Source: an uncultured Chloroflexia bacterium (GTDB taxonomy: Bacteria; Chloroflexota; Limnocylindria; Limnocylindrales; CSP1-4). From it: 64,000 nt of DNA. The stretch covers positions 142,767 to 206,766 of the forward strand of contig CAVQPX010000004.1 of the NCBI GenBank assembly GCA_963714835.1, read 5' to 3'. The position numbers and the translations under genes are program-made. How positions within the stretch are numbered: position 1 is the first letter of the stretch; every line of letters begins with the position of its first letter. The notes beneath the pieces were generated by a model. The model saw only the letters and a list, made by a program, of their open reading frames with translations, was not told the origin of the DNA and searched no databases. This document shows, one piece after another, positions 25,745 through 40,280 of this stretch.

Positions 25745-26841
25745 GTGAGCTCGACGCAAAGCTCGAGTCCGTCGCCGCCCAGTACGACGAACTGCAAGCC
25801 GAGCTGATCCGACCGGAATCGCTGGCCGACCCGGACACCATCCGCCGGCTGGGCAAGGAACTCGCTCGCCTCGAACCGGTCGTCGAAGCGTTCCGCAGGC
25901 TCGAGGAGATCCGTGCCGCGCTGGTCGGCGCGATCGAGGTGCGCGACGCCGCCGCCGACGAGGACATGCGGACGATGGCCCGCGAGGAGATCGCCGAACT
26001 CGAAGCGACGGAGACGACGCTGGTCGAGGATCTCAAGGTGCTCCTCCTCCCGCGCGATCCAGCCGACGACGGCAACGTGATCCTGGAGGTCCGCGCCGGT
26101 GCCGGGGGCGAGGAGGCGGCGCTGTTCGCGGCCGAGCTTCTGCGCATGTATCTCCGCTACGCCGAGCGCCACCGATTCAGCGCCGACGTGATCACCCAGA
26201 GCGAGACCGGGATCGGCGGTCTCAAGGAGGCGATCGTCGAGATCACCGGGGACGGCGCCTACTCGCGCCTGAAGTTCGAAGGCGGCACGCACCGTGTCCA
26301 GCGCGTCCCCGCGACCGAATCATCGGGCCGCATCCACACGTCCACCGCGACGGTCGTCGTCCTGCCCGAGGTCGAGGAGTCGGAGGTCGTCATCGACGAG
26401 GAGCGCGACCTCCGGATCGAGGTCAAGCGTGCGTCGGGGCCGGGCGGCCAGTCCGTGAACACGACCGACTCAGCCGTGCGCATCACGCACCTCCCGTCCG
26501 GGCTCGTCGTCGAGATCCAGGACGAGAAGAGCCAGCACAAGAACAAGGCGAAGGCCCTGTCCGTGCTGCGCGCACGACTCGCCGACATCGAGAAGCAGAA
26601 GCAGCGCGAGGCCGATTCAGCGGCGCGTCGCTCGATGATCGGCGGCGGCGATCGCTCCGACAAGATCCGGACCTACAACTTCCCCCAGGATCGAGTGACC
26701 GACCACCGGGTCGGCGTGGACCTGTCCAACCTGCCGCGGGTGCTCGACGGCGAACTGGACCGGCTCATCGACACGCTCATCACGACCGATCAGGCCGAAC
26801 AGCTGCGCAGCGTCGTGGACGACGCGGCCGCATCGTCCTGA
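25741..26841 (+). CDS. prfA: peptide chain release factor 1
   Basis: Intact 366-aa ORF with [25 protein letters not shown] and a PxT-type recognition region. Confidence 0.96.
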   Translation: MSELDAKLESVAAQYDELQAELIRPESLADPDTIRRLGKELARLEPVVEAFRRLEEIRAALVGAIEVRDAAADEDMRTMAREEIAELEATETTLVEDLKVLLLPRDPADDGNVILEVRAGAGGEEAALFAAELLRMYLRYAERHRFSADVITQSETGIGGLKEAIVEITGDGAYSRLKFEGGTHRVQRVPATESSGRIHTSTATVVVLPEVEESEVVIDEERDLRIEVKRASGPGGQSVNTTDSAVRITHLPSGLVVEIQDEKSQHKNKAKALSVLRARLADIEKQKQREADSAARRSMIGGGDRSDKIRTYNFPQDRVTDHRVGVDLSNLPRVLDGELDRLIDTLITTDQAEQLRSVVDDAAASS

Positions 26842-26863
26842 CCGCTCACTGGCGTCGGACGAG

Positions 26864-27781
26864 ATGACCATCACGATCGAGGCGCTGCTCGCGGACGCGA
26901 TCGAGCGACTGCGCGCGAGCGGATCCGAGAGTGCGCGGCTGGACGCCGAGTTGCTGCTCGGGATGGCGATCGGAGCCGAGCGAACCTCGCTGCGGGCGCA
27001 TCCCGAGGCACCCGTGGGGGCGGATGCGGCCGCTACGTTCGAGACGGCCCTCGCGCGACGCGAGGCCGGCGAGCCCGTGGCCTACATCCGGGGCTTCAAG
27101 GAGTTCCACGGCCTGGCCTTCAGCGTGGACGCGCGCGCGCTCATCCCGCGACCCGAGACCGAGACGCTGGTCGACCTCGCCGATGGCGAGGTGATGGCAC
27201 GCCTCACCGGCGCTCCGCGGCCCGACGGTGCGCCACCCCTCGCGCTCGTCGACGTCGGGACGGGGAGCGGCGCGATCGCCGTCGCGCTGACCGTCGCGCT
27301 GCGCCGGCGCGGTGCCGATGGCGACGTGGAGATCCTCGCGACGGATCGGTCCGCGGATGCCCTCGCCCTGTCGAAGGAGAACGCCGTGGGGCACGGCGTC
27401 GCGGACCGGATGCGCTTCGCGGAGGCGGACCTGCTGCCCGATGGCGCCGGTCCGTTCGATGTCGTGCTGGCCAATCTGCCGTACGTGCAGACCGACGCGG
27501 TCGCCGACGCTGCCGGTCGCCTCGTCGTTCGAGCCACGGGACGCGCTCGACGGCGGTCCGGACGGCCTCGACGTCATCCGAACGGCTCCTCGATCGGCTC
27601 CCGGACGCGCTCGGCCCCGGCGGGGTCGCGCTCCTCGAGATCGGCGGCGGACCAGGGTGAGTCGATCGTGACCGCCGTGGCCGAGCGGCTGCCCGGCTGG
27701 ACGTGCACGGTGGCCGCCGACCTCGCCGGGCTCCCGCGCGTGGCCCGCGTCGCTCGCGCCGCGCAGGCGCGGGGAGCGTGA
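26864..27781 (+). pseudogene. prmC: release-factor glutamine methyltransferase PrmC; ORF stays open but ~27510-27655 is out of frame (three indels, net zero)
   Basis: Conserved VAYIRGFKEFHGL, LIPRPETE, VDVGTGSGAIA and ANLPYV lie in frame. FEPRDALDGGPDGLDVIR and LLDRLPDALGPGGVALLEIG lie in the two other frames. Confidence 0.85.
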
Positions 27782-27786
27782 CGCCG

Positions 27787-28764
27787 ATGCGCGCCCTGGT
27801 CCCCGAGCCGGCATTCCCGATCCGGCTGATCGCGCTCGATATCGACGGGACGATCGTCGGCGACGACCTGACGCTCGGGCCGCGCATCGCGCGCGCGCGG
27901 TGCGCGCTCGCCCTCCAGCGCGGCGTGCGCGTCTCGCTCGTGACCGGCCGGATGGCCACGAGCGCGCAGAAGTACGCGGAGGTGCTCGGACTCGTCGACC
28001 CGATCGTGGCCTACCAGGGCGCGCTCATCCGCGCGATGCCCGAGCCGGCCCGCGGGACGCGCGGCCCAGGGACGACGGGCCGCGGAACGGGCGGCCCGGC
28101 GACCAGCCGCCCGGCGCTCGGCCGTCTGCTCCTGCACCGCCCGTTGCCCGTCGAGGCGGCACGCCGCGCGGTCGCCTGGTCGCTCGCGAACGGGCTGGAT
28201 CCGCACGTCAACCACCTCGAATCGTTCGTCATCCGCGCCGACGACCCGCGCATCGACGACTACTCCGCGTTCCTCGGCGCACCGGCGAGCCGCGTTCCCG
28301 ACATCGTGCGGGCGATCTCCCGTCCGGTGACCAAGGTCCTCGCGGCCGCCGAACCGCCGCTGCCGATGGATGCGTTGCTGGCGGCGCGGAGCGCCCTCGA
28401 TGGCAGCGCCGACGTGACGGTCAGCCATCCGCGCTTCCTCGAGTTCGTCGCCCCAGGCGTTTCCAAGGGCGGTGCCGTCCGGTGGCTGGGCCGCCGGCAC
28501 GGGATCCCGATGGGGCACGCGCTGGCGATCGGGGATCAGTGCAACGACCTCGAGATGATCCTCGCGGTGGGCCACGGCGCCGTGATGCCGTCTGCGCCGG
28601 CCGCCGTGCGCGAGGCGGCGCGCTATCTGCCCGGGCCGATCGACGCCGAAGGGGCGGCGGAACTCATCGAGGCGCTCGTCCTCGCCCGACCGGACGCAGC
28701 ACGACGGAATGCGGCCACGCTCGCGCGCCGCGCGGCGTCGTTGCGACAGCACGACGACGGATGA
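27787..28764 (+). CDS. Cof-type HAD-IIB family hydrolase
   Basis: [27 protein letters not shown] and GDQCNDLEM, with a Gly/Arg/Thr-rich insertion. Confidence 0.8.
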   Translation: MRALVPEPAFPIRLIALDIDGTIVGDDLTLGPRIARARCALALQRGVRVSLVTGRMATSAQKYAEVLGLVDPIVAYQGALIRAMPEPARGTRGPGTTGRGTGGPATSRPALGRLLLHRPLPVEAARRAVAWSLANGLDPHVNHLESFVIRADDPRIDDYSAFLGAPASRVPDIVRAISRPVTKVLAAAEPPLPMDALLAARSALDGSADVTVSHPRFLEFVAPGVSKGGAVRWLGRRHGIPMGHALAIGDQCNDLEMILAVGHGAVMPSAPAAVREAARYLPGPIDAEGAAELIEALVLARPDAARRNAATLARRAASLRQHDDG

Positions 28765-29406
28765 CGGCGCGGTCGTTGCCGGACGGCGTCGAGGCGCGTG
28801 CCGAGGCGGTTCGCGTCCTGCGCGCCGGGGGGATCGTCGCCATCCCGACCGATACGGTCTACGGGATCGCCGTCGATCTCCACGCCGAGCAGGGAATCGA
28901 ACGGCTCTTCCGCGTGAAGGAGCGGCCGCCCGACCGTGCGATCGCGTTGCTGCTCGCGGACGTCGCACAGGCCGAGCGGATCGGCACGATGAGCGCGGCG
29001 GCCGAGACGCTGGGTCGCGCGTTCTGGCCGGGCGGCCTGACGATCGTCGCTCCGCGCCGCCTGGACGTGACACTCCCGGCCGTCCTGACCGACGGCGCAC
29101 CGACGGTCGGCCTCCGGGTGCCCGACCATCCCGCGCCGCGGGCCATCGCACGGGAGGTCGGTCCGCTGCCCACGACCTCCGCGAACCGGTCCGGCGAACC
29201 CGAGGCGCGCGACGGTGCCGAGATCCTCGAGCGCCTCGGACACGCGATCGATCTCGTGCTCGATGGCGGCCCGGCGCATGGCGGCCCCGCGTCGACGGTC
29301 GTCGACTGCACGGGGCCGCTGCCGCGGATCCTGCGCGTCGGGGCGATCGGGCGGGACGCGATCGCGGCCGCGCTCGCCGACGCAGGACCTCCATCTCGAC
29401 GACTGA
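28761..29406 (+). CDS. tsaC: L-threonylcarbamoyladenylate synthase (TsaC/Sua5/YwlC); 3' end uncertain because there is no in-frame stop before glyA
   Basis: The ATG overlaps the upstream stop (ATGA). Motifs: [48 protein letters not shown]. The frame runs on into glyA, and the nearest plausible stop (TGA 29404-29406) is in another frame. Confidence 0.8.
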
Positions 29407-29471
29407 CCGGGGCACGGGCGCGGCATGGGAAGATACGCCGATCGGGCGAGCGCGCGAGGAGGAGTCGGCGG

Positions 29472-30869
29472 ATGACGGCAGAAGCGACGGGCGTGGGGTG
29501 GGCGAAGATCGCCGAGGTCGATCCCGACCTGTGGGCGGCGATGCAGGGCGAGCTGCGTCGCCAGCACGACAAGATCGAGCTGATCGCGAGCGAGAACTAC
29601 ACGTTCGCGGCGGTCATGGAGGCCCAGGGCTCGTGGCTCACGAACAAGTACGCCGAGGGCCTGCCCGGCAAGCGCTACTACGGTGGCTGTGAGTTCGTCG
29701 ACGTCGCCGAGCGCCTCGCCCAGGAACGCGCCCTCGCCCTCTTCCCGGGCGCCGAACACGTCAACGTCCAGCCGCACTCCGGAGCGCAGGCCAACATGGC
29801 GGCGTACTTCAGCGTGCTCAAGCCGGGCGATCGCATCCTCGGGATGAACCTGGCCCATGGCGGTCACCTGACCCACGGGATGGCCCTGAACTTCTCGGGC
29901 AAGCTCTACGAGGTCCACGCGTACGGCGTACGCGAGGACGACCGAGCACATCGATTACGACGCCCTCGAGGCGCAGGCGAAGGAGGTTCGCCCGAAGCTC
30001 GTCGTCGCCGGAGCGTCGGCCTATCCGCGGATCTTCGACTTCGAACGGATGGCTTCGATCGCCCACGACGTGGGTGCCCTCCTCTTCGTGGACATGGCGC
30101 ACATCGCCGGCCTCGTGGCGGCCGGCGTCCATCCGTCGCCGTTCCCGCACGCGGACATCGTCACGACGACCACGCACAAGACCCTGCGCGGTCCACGCGG
30201 TGGGCTGGTCTTCTCCCGCTTCGAACTCCCCGACGCCGTGGACCCGGCGGACTTCCCGATGAAGGGCACGCTCGCGCAGCAGGTCGACAAGACGGTGTTC
30301 CCCGGCGTCCAGGGCGGACCGCTCATGCACGTCATCGCCGCGAAGGCCGTCGCGTTCCTCCTGGCGGCCCAGGACGACTTCAGGCGGGACATGGAGCGAA
30401 CGGTCGAGAACGCTCAGCTCCTGGCCGCGAGCCTCGCCGACGCCGGGGCGCGCGTCGTTTCCGGCGGTACGGACAACCACCTGATGCTGATCGACGTGAC
30501 CCCGCTGGGCGTCACCGGCAAGGAGGCGGAGCATCTGCTCGACGAGATCGGGATCACGGTCAACAAGAACGCGATCCCCTTCGATACGCTGCCCCCCAAC
30601 ACCGCCTCGGGATCCGCGTCGGCACGCCGGCGACGACGACCCGGGGCTTCGGGCCGGACGAGATGCGGACGATCGCCCGGCTGATCACCACGGCCATCGC
30701 CACGCGCGAGGACCCGGCGTCACAGGCCGGGCTCGCCGAGGAGGTCGGGGCGATCGTGGAACGCTTCCCGGTGCCTGGCATCGTGCGAGGCCTAGCGGCG
30801 TGCCCTTCATCGAGGGCGCGGCCGAGCAACTGCCCGTCCTCTTCGTGGTGGCCGTCGCGGCCGGCCTGA
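29472..30869 (+). pseudogene. glyA: serine hydroxymethyltransferase, frame breaks near 29945 and 30605 (3' end uncertain)
   Basis: SD GAGGAGGAG then ATG 29472. [18 protein letters not shown] is in frame 0. The PLP-site block [15 protein letters not shown] is in ORF 30049..30684. The C-terminus [13 protein letters not shown] is back in frame 0. Confidence 0.9.
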
Positions 30870-31951
30870 TCTCGCTGGTCCTGACCCCGATCGTGCGCGA
30901 TCGTGCGCTGCGACGCGGCCAGGTCGACCATCCGGATCCGCGGCGCGTGAACGTCACGCCTGTTCCTCGCGGCGGCGGGATCGCGGTCGCGGTCGCCTTC
31001 CTGGCGGTCGTGGTCGGCCTGCTCCTCGTCGACCAGGTGTTCCGGATCGTTCCGCTCACGTTCAACATGGAGACCGGTCAACTCGTGGCGCTGCTCGGCG
31101 GCGGGGCGGCGGCCGCGGCGCTGGGCGCCCTCGACGACCGCTTCGACCTCCGCGCGCGCTGGCAGCTCCTGGGTCAGGTCGGGCTGGCGCTCGGCGCCGT
31201 CTGGCTGGGCGTCGGCGTCCTGGGCGTGAACAACCCGTTCGGGCAGGGTCGCATCGCCTTCGATGAGCTGTTCGCCATCGGGTTCACGGTCCTGTGGATC
31301 GTCGGGATGATCAACAGCATCAACTTCATCGACGGGCTCGACGGCCTGTCGACGGGGATCGCGATCATCGCGGCGGTGACGCTCGGGGCGATCAGCCTCA
31401 CGACGCAGATCGGGCAGCCGCTCATCGCGATCCTCTGTTTCACGCTGGCCGGGGCACTCGCCGGGTTCCTGCGCTGGAACTTCAACCCGGCGTCGATCTT
31501 CACCGGAACGGCCGGCGTCACCTTCGTCGGGTACACCCTCGCCGTGCTGGCGATCCTCGGGACGGCGAAGATCGCGGTCGCGCTGCTCGTCCTCGGCGTC
31601 CCGATCATCGACACGTTCTGGATCATCGTCCGGCGCGCGATCGCCGGTCGATCCCCGTTCACGCCCGATCGGGGACATCTCCATCATCGGCTGCTGGACC
31701 TGGGGTTGAGCCATCGCCAGACCGTCCTGGTGATCTACGCGATCTGCGCATTGCTGGGGGTCCTGTCGCTCGTGCTCAGCGGGGTCGGACAGGTCTACGC
31801 GTTCCTCGGGGTGCTCCTCGGGACGGGGCTCGTGCTGTTCCTCCTGACCCGCGGCGGGAGCGCCGCCGAGGTTGCCATCGCGCTGGACCCCGAGTCGTAC
31901 GAGACGGTCGACACCAATTCTGTGGTGCCCGACCACACCGACCGGCGCTGA
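30800..31951 (+). CDS. MraY/WecA-family (GT4) polyprenyl-phosphate N-acetylhexosamine-1-phosphate transferase
   Basis: 383-aa polytopic ORF with [30 protein letters not shown] and [12 protein letters not shown]. Its position between glyA and the atp operon matches actinobacterial rfe/wecA. Confidence 0.85.
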   Translation: MPFIEGAAEQLPVLFVVAVAAGLISLVLTPIVRDRALRRGQVDHPDPRRVNVTPVPRGGGIAVAVAFLAVVVGLLLVDQVFRIVPLTFNMETGQLVALLGGGAAAAALGALDDRFDLRARWQLLGQVGLALGAVWLGVGVLGVNNPFGQGRIAFDELFAIGFTVLWIVGMINSINFIDGLDGLSTGIAIIAAVTLGAISLTTQIGQPLIAILCFTLAGALAGFLRWNFNPASIFTGTAGVTFVGYTLAVLAILGTAKIAVALLVLGVPIIDTFWIIVRRAIAGRSPFTPDRGHLHHRLLDLGLSHRQTVLVIYAICALLGVLSLVLSGVGQVYAFLGVLLGTGLVLFLLTRGGSAAEVAIALDPESYETVDTNSVVPDHTDRR

Positions 31952-32006
31952 TCCGGTGCTAGCATCGGGTGCTGGTGGGCGCTGCCCGCAACGGATCTGA
32001 GGGACC

Positions 32007-32876
32007 ATGCCGCTCGAACTGCTGCCCGCGCTGCTCATCGGGGTCGTCCTCGCGACGGTCGTGATCGGCGTGGGCCGTGCGTTGCGCGGCCGCGCAGCAC
32101 CCGGGGCCGGCGTCGCGGATGTCGTCGATGCCTCGATCGGGATGTGGCTGGTGCGCAGGCTCCGAGCCGGACGCGGGCGAGGGCCCGACACCGAGGACGC
32201 CGCCGCCGGGATCGTCCAACCAGGCGCGCACGAGGTCGCCTACCGGATCGGCGCCGTCGGCGCGGTCCGGCCGACACCGCCCACGCGTCTCGTGGCGGTG
32301 GGGTCCACGGCCCAGCCGCGCCCGCTCCCGCGCCCGGTCGTGCGCCCGGCCACACCGGTGCCCCCGGACCGCCCGATCGATCCGCGGCTGCGGCTGTGGC
32401 GCGACACGACCGTTGTCGCGTTGGCGATCGGCTTCGTGATGATCCTCGGCACGCAGTTCCAACCGCTCGGGACACGGGGCGGCGTCCTGGCCGCGACCTT
32501 CGAGCCGGAGCTTCCGGCCGGGGCGACGCTGCCACCCGTCGGCGGCGAGGCGTCCCCTGCGACCCCCGGATCGCCCGGACCCTCCGCCGATCCCGTGCCA
32601 CCGGAGCCGACGCGAGCGAGCGAGCCCGCGGGCACGGGAGGTTCGAAGGCGACGCCGCGTCCGGCGGTGACACGAACCCCGAGTCCGACGGTGCGCCCCA
32701 CCGACCCGCCGCCTTCCCCACCGACACCGGCCCCGAGCGCGAGTGCGTCTCCGTCACCCACGCCGACGGACAGTCCCACCGAGAGCCCGACGCCTCCTAC
32801 CCCGACGCCTCCGACCCCGACGCCCACCCCGGAGCCGACCGCGACGCCGACCGAGGAGCTGACCCCTCCACCGTAG
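32007..32876 (+). CDS. hypothetical membrane protein with Pro/Thr/Ser-rich tail
   Basis: SD GAGGGA then ATG. It has an N-terminal TM helix, a second TM near aa 135, and ends ...PTPTPPTPTPTPEPTATPTEELTPPP. I recognise no family. Confidence 0.45.
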   Translation: MPLELLPALLIGVVLATVVIGVGRALRGRAAPGAGVADVVDASIGMWLVRRLRAGRGRGPDTEDAAAGIVQPGAHEVAYRIGAVGAVRPTPPTRLVAVGSTAQPRPLPRPVVRPATPVPPDRPIDPRLRLWRDTTVVALAIGFVMILGTQFQPLGTRGGVLAATFEPELPAGATLPPVGGEASPATPGSPGPSADPVPPEPTRASEPAGTGGSKATPRPAVTRTPSPTVRPTDPPPSPPTPAPSASASPSPTPTDSPTESPTPPTPTPPTPTPTPEPTATPTEELTPPP

Positions 32877-32924
32877 CCGGTCCAGGCGGCCGGGGCTCGC
32901 CGAGGGCCCGTTCCCGTGCCCAAC

Positions 32925-32933
32925 TGGTATACT
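32925..32933 (+). promoter_or_regulatory. candidate extended -10 (TGGTATACT) for the atp operon
   Basis: caacTGGTATACTtcc lies 24 nt upstream of the atpZ ATG. The same TGGTATA(C/G)T form recurs upstream of cpaB. Confidence 0.35.
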
Positions 32934-32956
32934 TCCGCCGCTTTGTCAGGACGCTC

Positions 32957-33181
32957 ATGATCGAGCCCGGCCGGACGGGGGCTTACCTCGCTCTCTTCTC
33001 CGAGATCGGGATCATCCTCCTCGTGACGACCCTGGCAGGCGTCGGGATCGGATACTGGGTCGACACCCAGCTGGGGATCATCCCCGTCCTCACCCTCGTC
33101 GGACTCTTCGTGGGACTGGCGGCCGGGGCGAGGGTCGTGTGGACCCTCATCAACCGGTTCCTGGCCCGGATCGAGAACTGA
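32957..33181 (+). CDS. atpZ: AtpZ/AtpI-like small membrane protein of the F-ATPase operon
   Basis: 74 aa with two TM helices (LALFSEIGIILLVTTLAGVGIGYWVD...IIPVLTLVGLFVGLAAG), immediately upstream of atpB. Confidence 0.6.
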   Translation: MIEPGRTGAYLALFSEIGIILLVTTLAGVGIGYWVDTQLGIIPVLTLVGLFVGLAAGARVVWTLINRFLARIEN

Positions 33182-33261
33182 GCGCCGGACGCACCGGCAA
33201 GCCGAACCGGTAACGAACGATCGAGCGCGGCGCACGCCGCGCTCCTGTCTGTGGAGCTAGC

Positions 33262-34251
33262 GTGACGAACGGTGCCCAAGCGTCAGCGCCCGAGCCCCGA
33301 AAGGGATCGCTGAGGAATCAATTCCTCCTCGCGATCGTGGCGATCATCGCGCTCGACGCGCTCGCCTTCGTGTTCATCCCGCCCTTCCCGCTCGATCACC
33401 CCGGCGAGCCGATCACCGGCATCGGCGACCTGATCCTGGCGAACCTCGAGTTCCCGGTGCCGCACGTCATCTTCCCGCCCGGCGTGCACGCACCCGCCTC
33501 GATCATCTCCTTCGAGCCGTCGATCACCGCCACGATCTTCACCACGTGGCTCGTGATGGCCGTGGTCCTCATCATGTTCATCGCGGCGACCCGTTCGGTC
33601 CGGCTCATCCCCTCGCGCGTCCAGAACCTCGTCGAGTTCGCCTACGAGAGCCTCGAGAACTGGGCGGTCTCGCTGGGCGGCGTCGCGGCTCGTCGCCACG
33701 TGCCGTTGTTCGCGACGTTCTTCCTGTTCATCCTCTTCTCGAACTGGAGCGGCCTCCTGCCGTTCTTCGGCAAGATCGTGGCACTTCGGGCGCCCACGAG
33801 CGACGTGAACGTGACCATCGGGCTGGCGCTCGTCGCGTTCGTGTATTTCCACTACCAGGGCTTCCGGGCCCTGGGGATCCGCGGATACCTCGGCAAGTTC
33901 TTCGTCTTCTCCGGGTTCAAGGAGGGTCCGGCGGCAGGGGTCATCGGCCTCTTCGTGGGACTCATCGAGTTCCTGCTCGAGTTCATCAAGCCGGTCACGC
34001 TGGCGATGCGACTCTTCGGCAACATCTTCGGCGGCGAGGTGGCGCTCGGCGTCATCACGGCCCTCACCATCGCGGTCGTCCCGGTCGCGATGCTCGGGCT
34101 CGAACTGCTGCTCAATCTCATCCAGGCCCTCATCTTCTCGACCCTCATGCTGATGTACACGGTCATCGCCATGGAGGGCCACGGTGAGGAGCACCACGAA
34201 GAGGAGCATGCGCCGGGAGCGGCGACCCTCGAGCCGAGCGCGGCTCACTGA
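33262..34251 (+). CDS. atpB: F0F1 ATP synthase subunit a
   Basis: 329 aa with LAMRLFGNIFGGEV and LIQALIFSTLMLMY. The start could lie further downstream. Confidence 0.92.
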   Translation: MTNGAQASAPEPRKGSLRNQFLLAIVAIIALDALAFVFIPPFPLDHPGEPITGIGDLILANLEFPVPHVIFPPGVHAPASIISFEPSITATIFTTWLVMAVVLIMFIAATRSVRLIPSRVQNLVEFAYESLENWAVSLGGVAARRHVPLFATFFLFILFSNWSGLLPFFGKIVALRAPTSDVNVTIGLALVAFVYFHYQGFRALGIRGYLGKFFVFSGFKEGPAAGVIGLFVGLIEFLLEFIKPVTLAMRLFGNIFGGEVALGVITALTIAVVPVAMLGLELLLNLIQALIFSTLMLMYTVIAMEGHGEEHHEEEHAPGAATLEPSAAH

Positions 34252-34330
34252 CCAGCGGACGGGACTCCGTCCACCATCACATCGAGCAGGCTCCGGGCAG
34301 AACCCCGGCCGCTAAGGAGGAACCACTCAC

Positions 34331-34540
34331 ATGGAGAACATCGGCGCAGGGCTCGCCGCCCTCGGGGTGATCGGCCCCGGCATCGGAATCGGGATCCTGA
34401 CGGGCATGGCCGCGACGGCCATCGGACGCAACCCCGATGCGACCCCGAGCATCCGCGCGCAGTTCATCCTCGGCGCCGCGTTCGCCGAAGGCCTCGGCGT
34501 TCTCGCGATCGTCGTCGCCATCCTCGCGATCGTCCTCTAG
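34331..34540 (+). CDS. atpE: F0F1 ATP synthase subunit c
   Basis: 69-aa hairpin with GIGILTGMAATAIGRNPD and the carboxylate in AFAEGLG. Confidence 0.93.
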   Translation: MENIGAGLAALGVIGPGIGIGILTGMAATAIGRNPDATPSIRAQFILGAAFAEGLGVLAIVVAILAIVL

Positions 34541-34558
34541 GAAGCTGGAGCGAATCGC

Positions 34559-35128
34559 GTGGACCTTCTCTCAGTCGTCGCCCAGGGTGCCGGCACCGCC
34601 GTTGCCCTGACCGCCGAGGAGGAGGCCGCCGGCCTGGCGATCAACTTCTTCTGGATCATCGTCTCGTCGCTGAACTTCCTCCTGTTCCTCGCGATCCTGT
34701 ACGTCTTCGCCCTGCGCCCGGTCAGCCGGATGCTGGCGGAACGGCGGGACCGGATCGAACAGGGGATGCAGGACGCCGATCAGGCACGCCTGGAGCGCGA
34801 GAACGCCAAGCAGGAGCGGGCGACCGCGCTTGCCGAGGCCCGCAAGGAAGCGAGCGAGATCCTCGCCCGCGCCCAGAAGGTCGCCCAGGAGACCCGTGAC
34901 GCCGACATCGCAGCGACGAAGCAGGAACTGGAGCGCCTTCGCGAGCGCGCGGCCGAGGACATCGTGTCCGACCGCCAGCGAGCGATGGCCGACCTGCGGG
35001 CCGAGGTGGCCGACCTGGCCCTCGCGGCTGCCGGCAAGGTCGTCGGCGAGTCGATGACCGGCGAGCGCCAGCGGCGCCTCGTCGAGGAGTTCATCGCCGG
35101 CACCGGATCCGCGGAGTCGAAGAACTGA
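34559..35128 (+). CDS. atpF: F0F1 ATP synthase subunit b
   Basis: An N-terminal TM helix followed by a long charged helix (RRDRIEQGMQDADQARLERENAKQE...). Confidence 0.88.
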   Translation: MDLLSVVAQGAGTAVALTAEEEAAGLAINFFWIIVSSLNFLLFLAILYVFALRPVSRMLAERRDRIEQGMQDADQARLERENAKQERATALAEARKEASEILARAQKVAQETRDADIAATKQELERLRERAAEDIVSDRQRAMADLRAEVADLALAAAGKVVGESMTGERQRRLVEEFIAGTGSAESKN

Positions 35129-35673
35129 TGAGCCGGCCAGGGACCGCTGCTCGCCGCTACGCCGACGCTGCCTTCGAGCTGGCGTCGCGTGACGACGCGC
35201 ACGACGCCTGGCAGGACGGCCTCGATCTGGCCGTCCAGCTGATCGGTGACGAGCGGGTCGCGGCGATCGTCGACAACCCGGCCGTCGCCCTCACGGAACG
35301 CGAGCGCCTCGTCGAGCAGCTGCTCGCGAAGCGGGTCGCCCCCTCCGTCCTCAGCCTCGTCCGACTGCTCGTCCAGCGCCGCCGGATCGACATCCTGCCG
35401 ACCGTCGCGACGCAGTACCGACGTCTCCTCAACGCACACCGCGGCATCGTCGCGGCCACCGTCGCCAGCGCCGTCCCCCTCGGGGCGGACGAGACGAAGG
35501 CCGTCCACGCCCGGATCGAGGCGCTGCTCGGCAGCAGCGTCGAGCTCGAGACGGTCGTCGACGAGGACCTCATCGGCGGCCTCACCGTTCGGGTGGGGGA
35601 CCGCTACATCGACGCCAGTGTGCGGGGTCGCCTCGAGCGCCTCCGCGATCAGCTCGTGGCAGGCGCACGCTAG
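35128..35673 (+). CDS. atpH: F0F1 ATP synthase subunit delta
   Basis: RRYADAAFELA... and LIGGLTVRVGDRYIDASVRGRLERL. Confidence 0.88.
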   Translation: MSRPGTAARRYADAAFELASRDDAHDAWQDGLDLAVQLIGDERVAAIVDNPAVALTERERLVEQLLAKRVAPSVLSLVRLLVQRRRIDILPTVATQYRRLLNAHRGIVAATVASAVPLGADETKAVHARIEALLGSSVELETVVDEDLIGGLTVRVGDRYIDASVRGRLERLRDQLVAGAR

Positions 35674-35739
35674 CCCGACCGCGCCGCCGGCCGCGAGGCC
35701 CGGCGCACCAGCGGGCCAAGTCGCCCGAACGGAGAACCG

Positions 35740-37538
<1,799 letters not shown>

Positions 37539-37540
37539 GC

Positions 37541-39842
<2,302 letters not shown>

Positions 39843-39846
39843 CCCG

Positions 39847-40276
39847 ATGCCCATCCAGCTCGAGATCGTCACGCCGGAGCGCCTCGCGTTCGCGGGCGAG
39901 GTCGAAATCGGTCGTCCTGCCCGGGATCGACGGTGAGCTGGGCGTGCTGCCCCATCACGCACCGCTCGTGTCCACGCTGGGCGTGGGCGAGCTGCGTTAC
40001 CGCATCGGCGGCCAGGAGGAGCTGTTCGCGATCGCGGGCGGGTTCATCCAGGTCCGCCCGGACAAGGTCGTGGTGATGGCTGAGACGGCCGACCTGGCCG
40101 GTGAGATCGATCTCGAGAAGGCCCAGGAGGCCCGGCGTGAGGCCGAGAAGGCGCTCGAGACCGGCTTCGACGAGGGTGCCGACCTGTCGGCGGCCCGCGC
40201 GGCCCTGCAGACGGCCCTGTTGCGCATCCGCGTCGCCGAACGCCGCCACCGGGAGGGTCCGCGACACCGCGGATAG
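39847..40276 (+). pseudogene. atpC: F0F1 ATP synthase subunit epsilon, one frame break near 39908
   Basis: MPIQLEIVTPERLAFAGEVEI is in one frame, then (V)VLPGIDGELGVLPHHAPLVSTLGVGELRY continues in ORF 39944..40276. Confidence 0.9.
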
Positions 40277-40280
40277 CCCC

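Noticed and set aside
27900-30869. 989-aa plus-strand ORF that would fuse HAD, TsaC, GlyA and the start of WecA.
   Set aside because: It is a composite of separate genes that happen to share a frame without stops. The first ~860 nt are out of frame relative to the real HAD gene. TsaC and GlyA have their own start signals, and the GlyA middle third lies in another frame.
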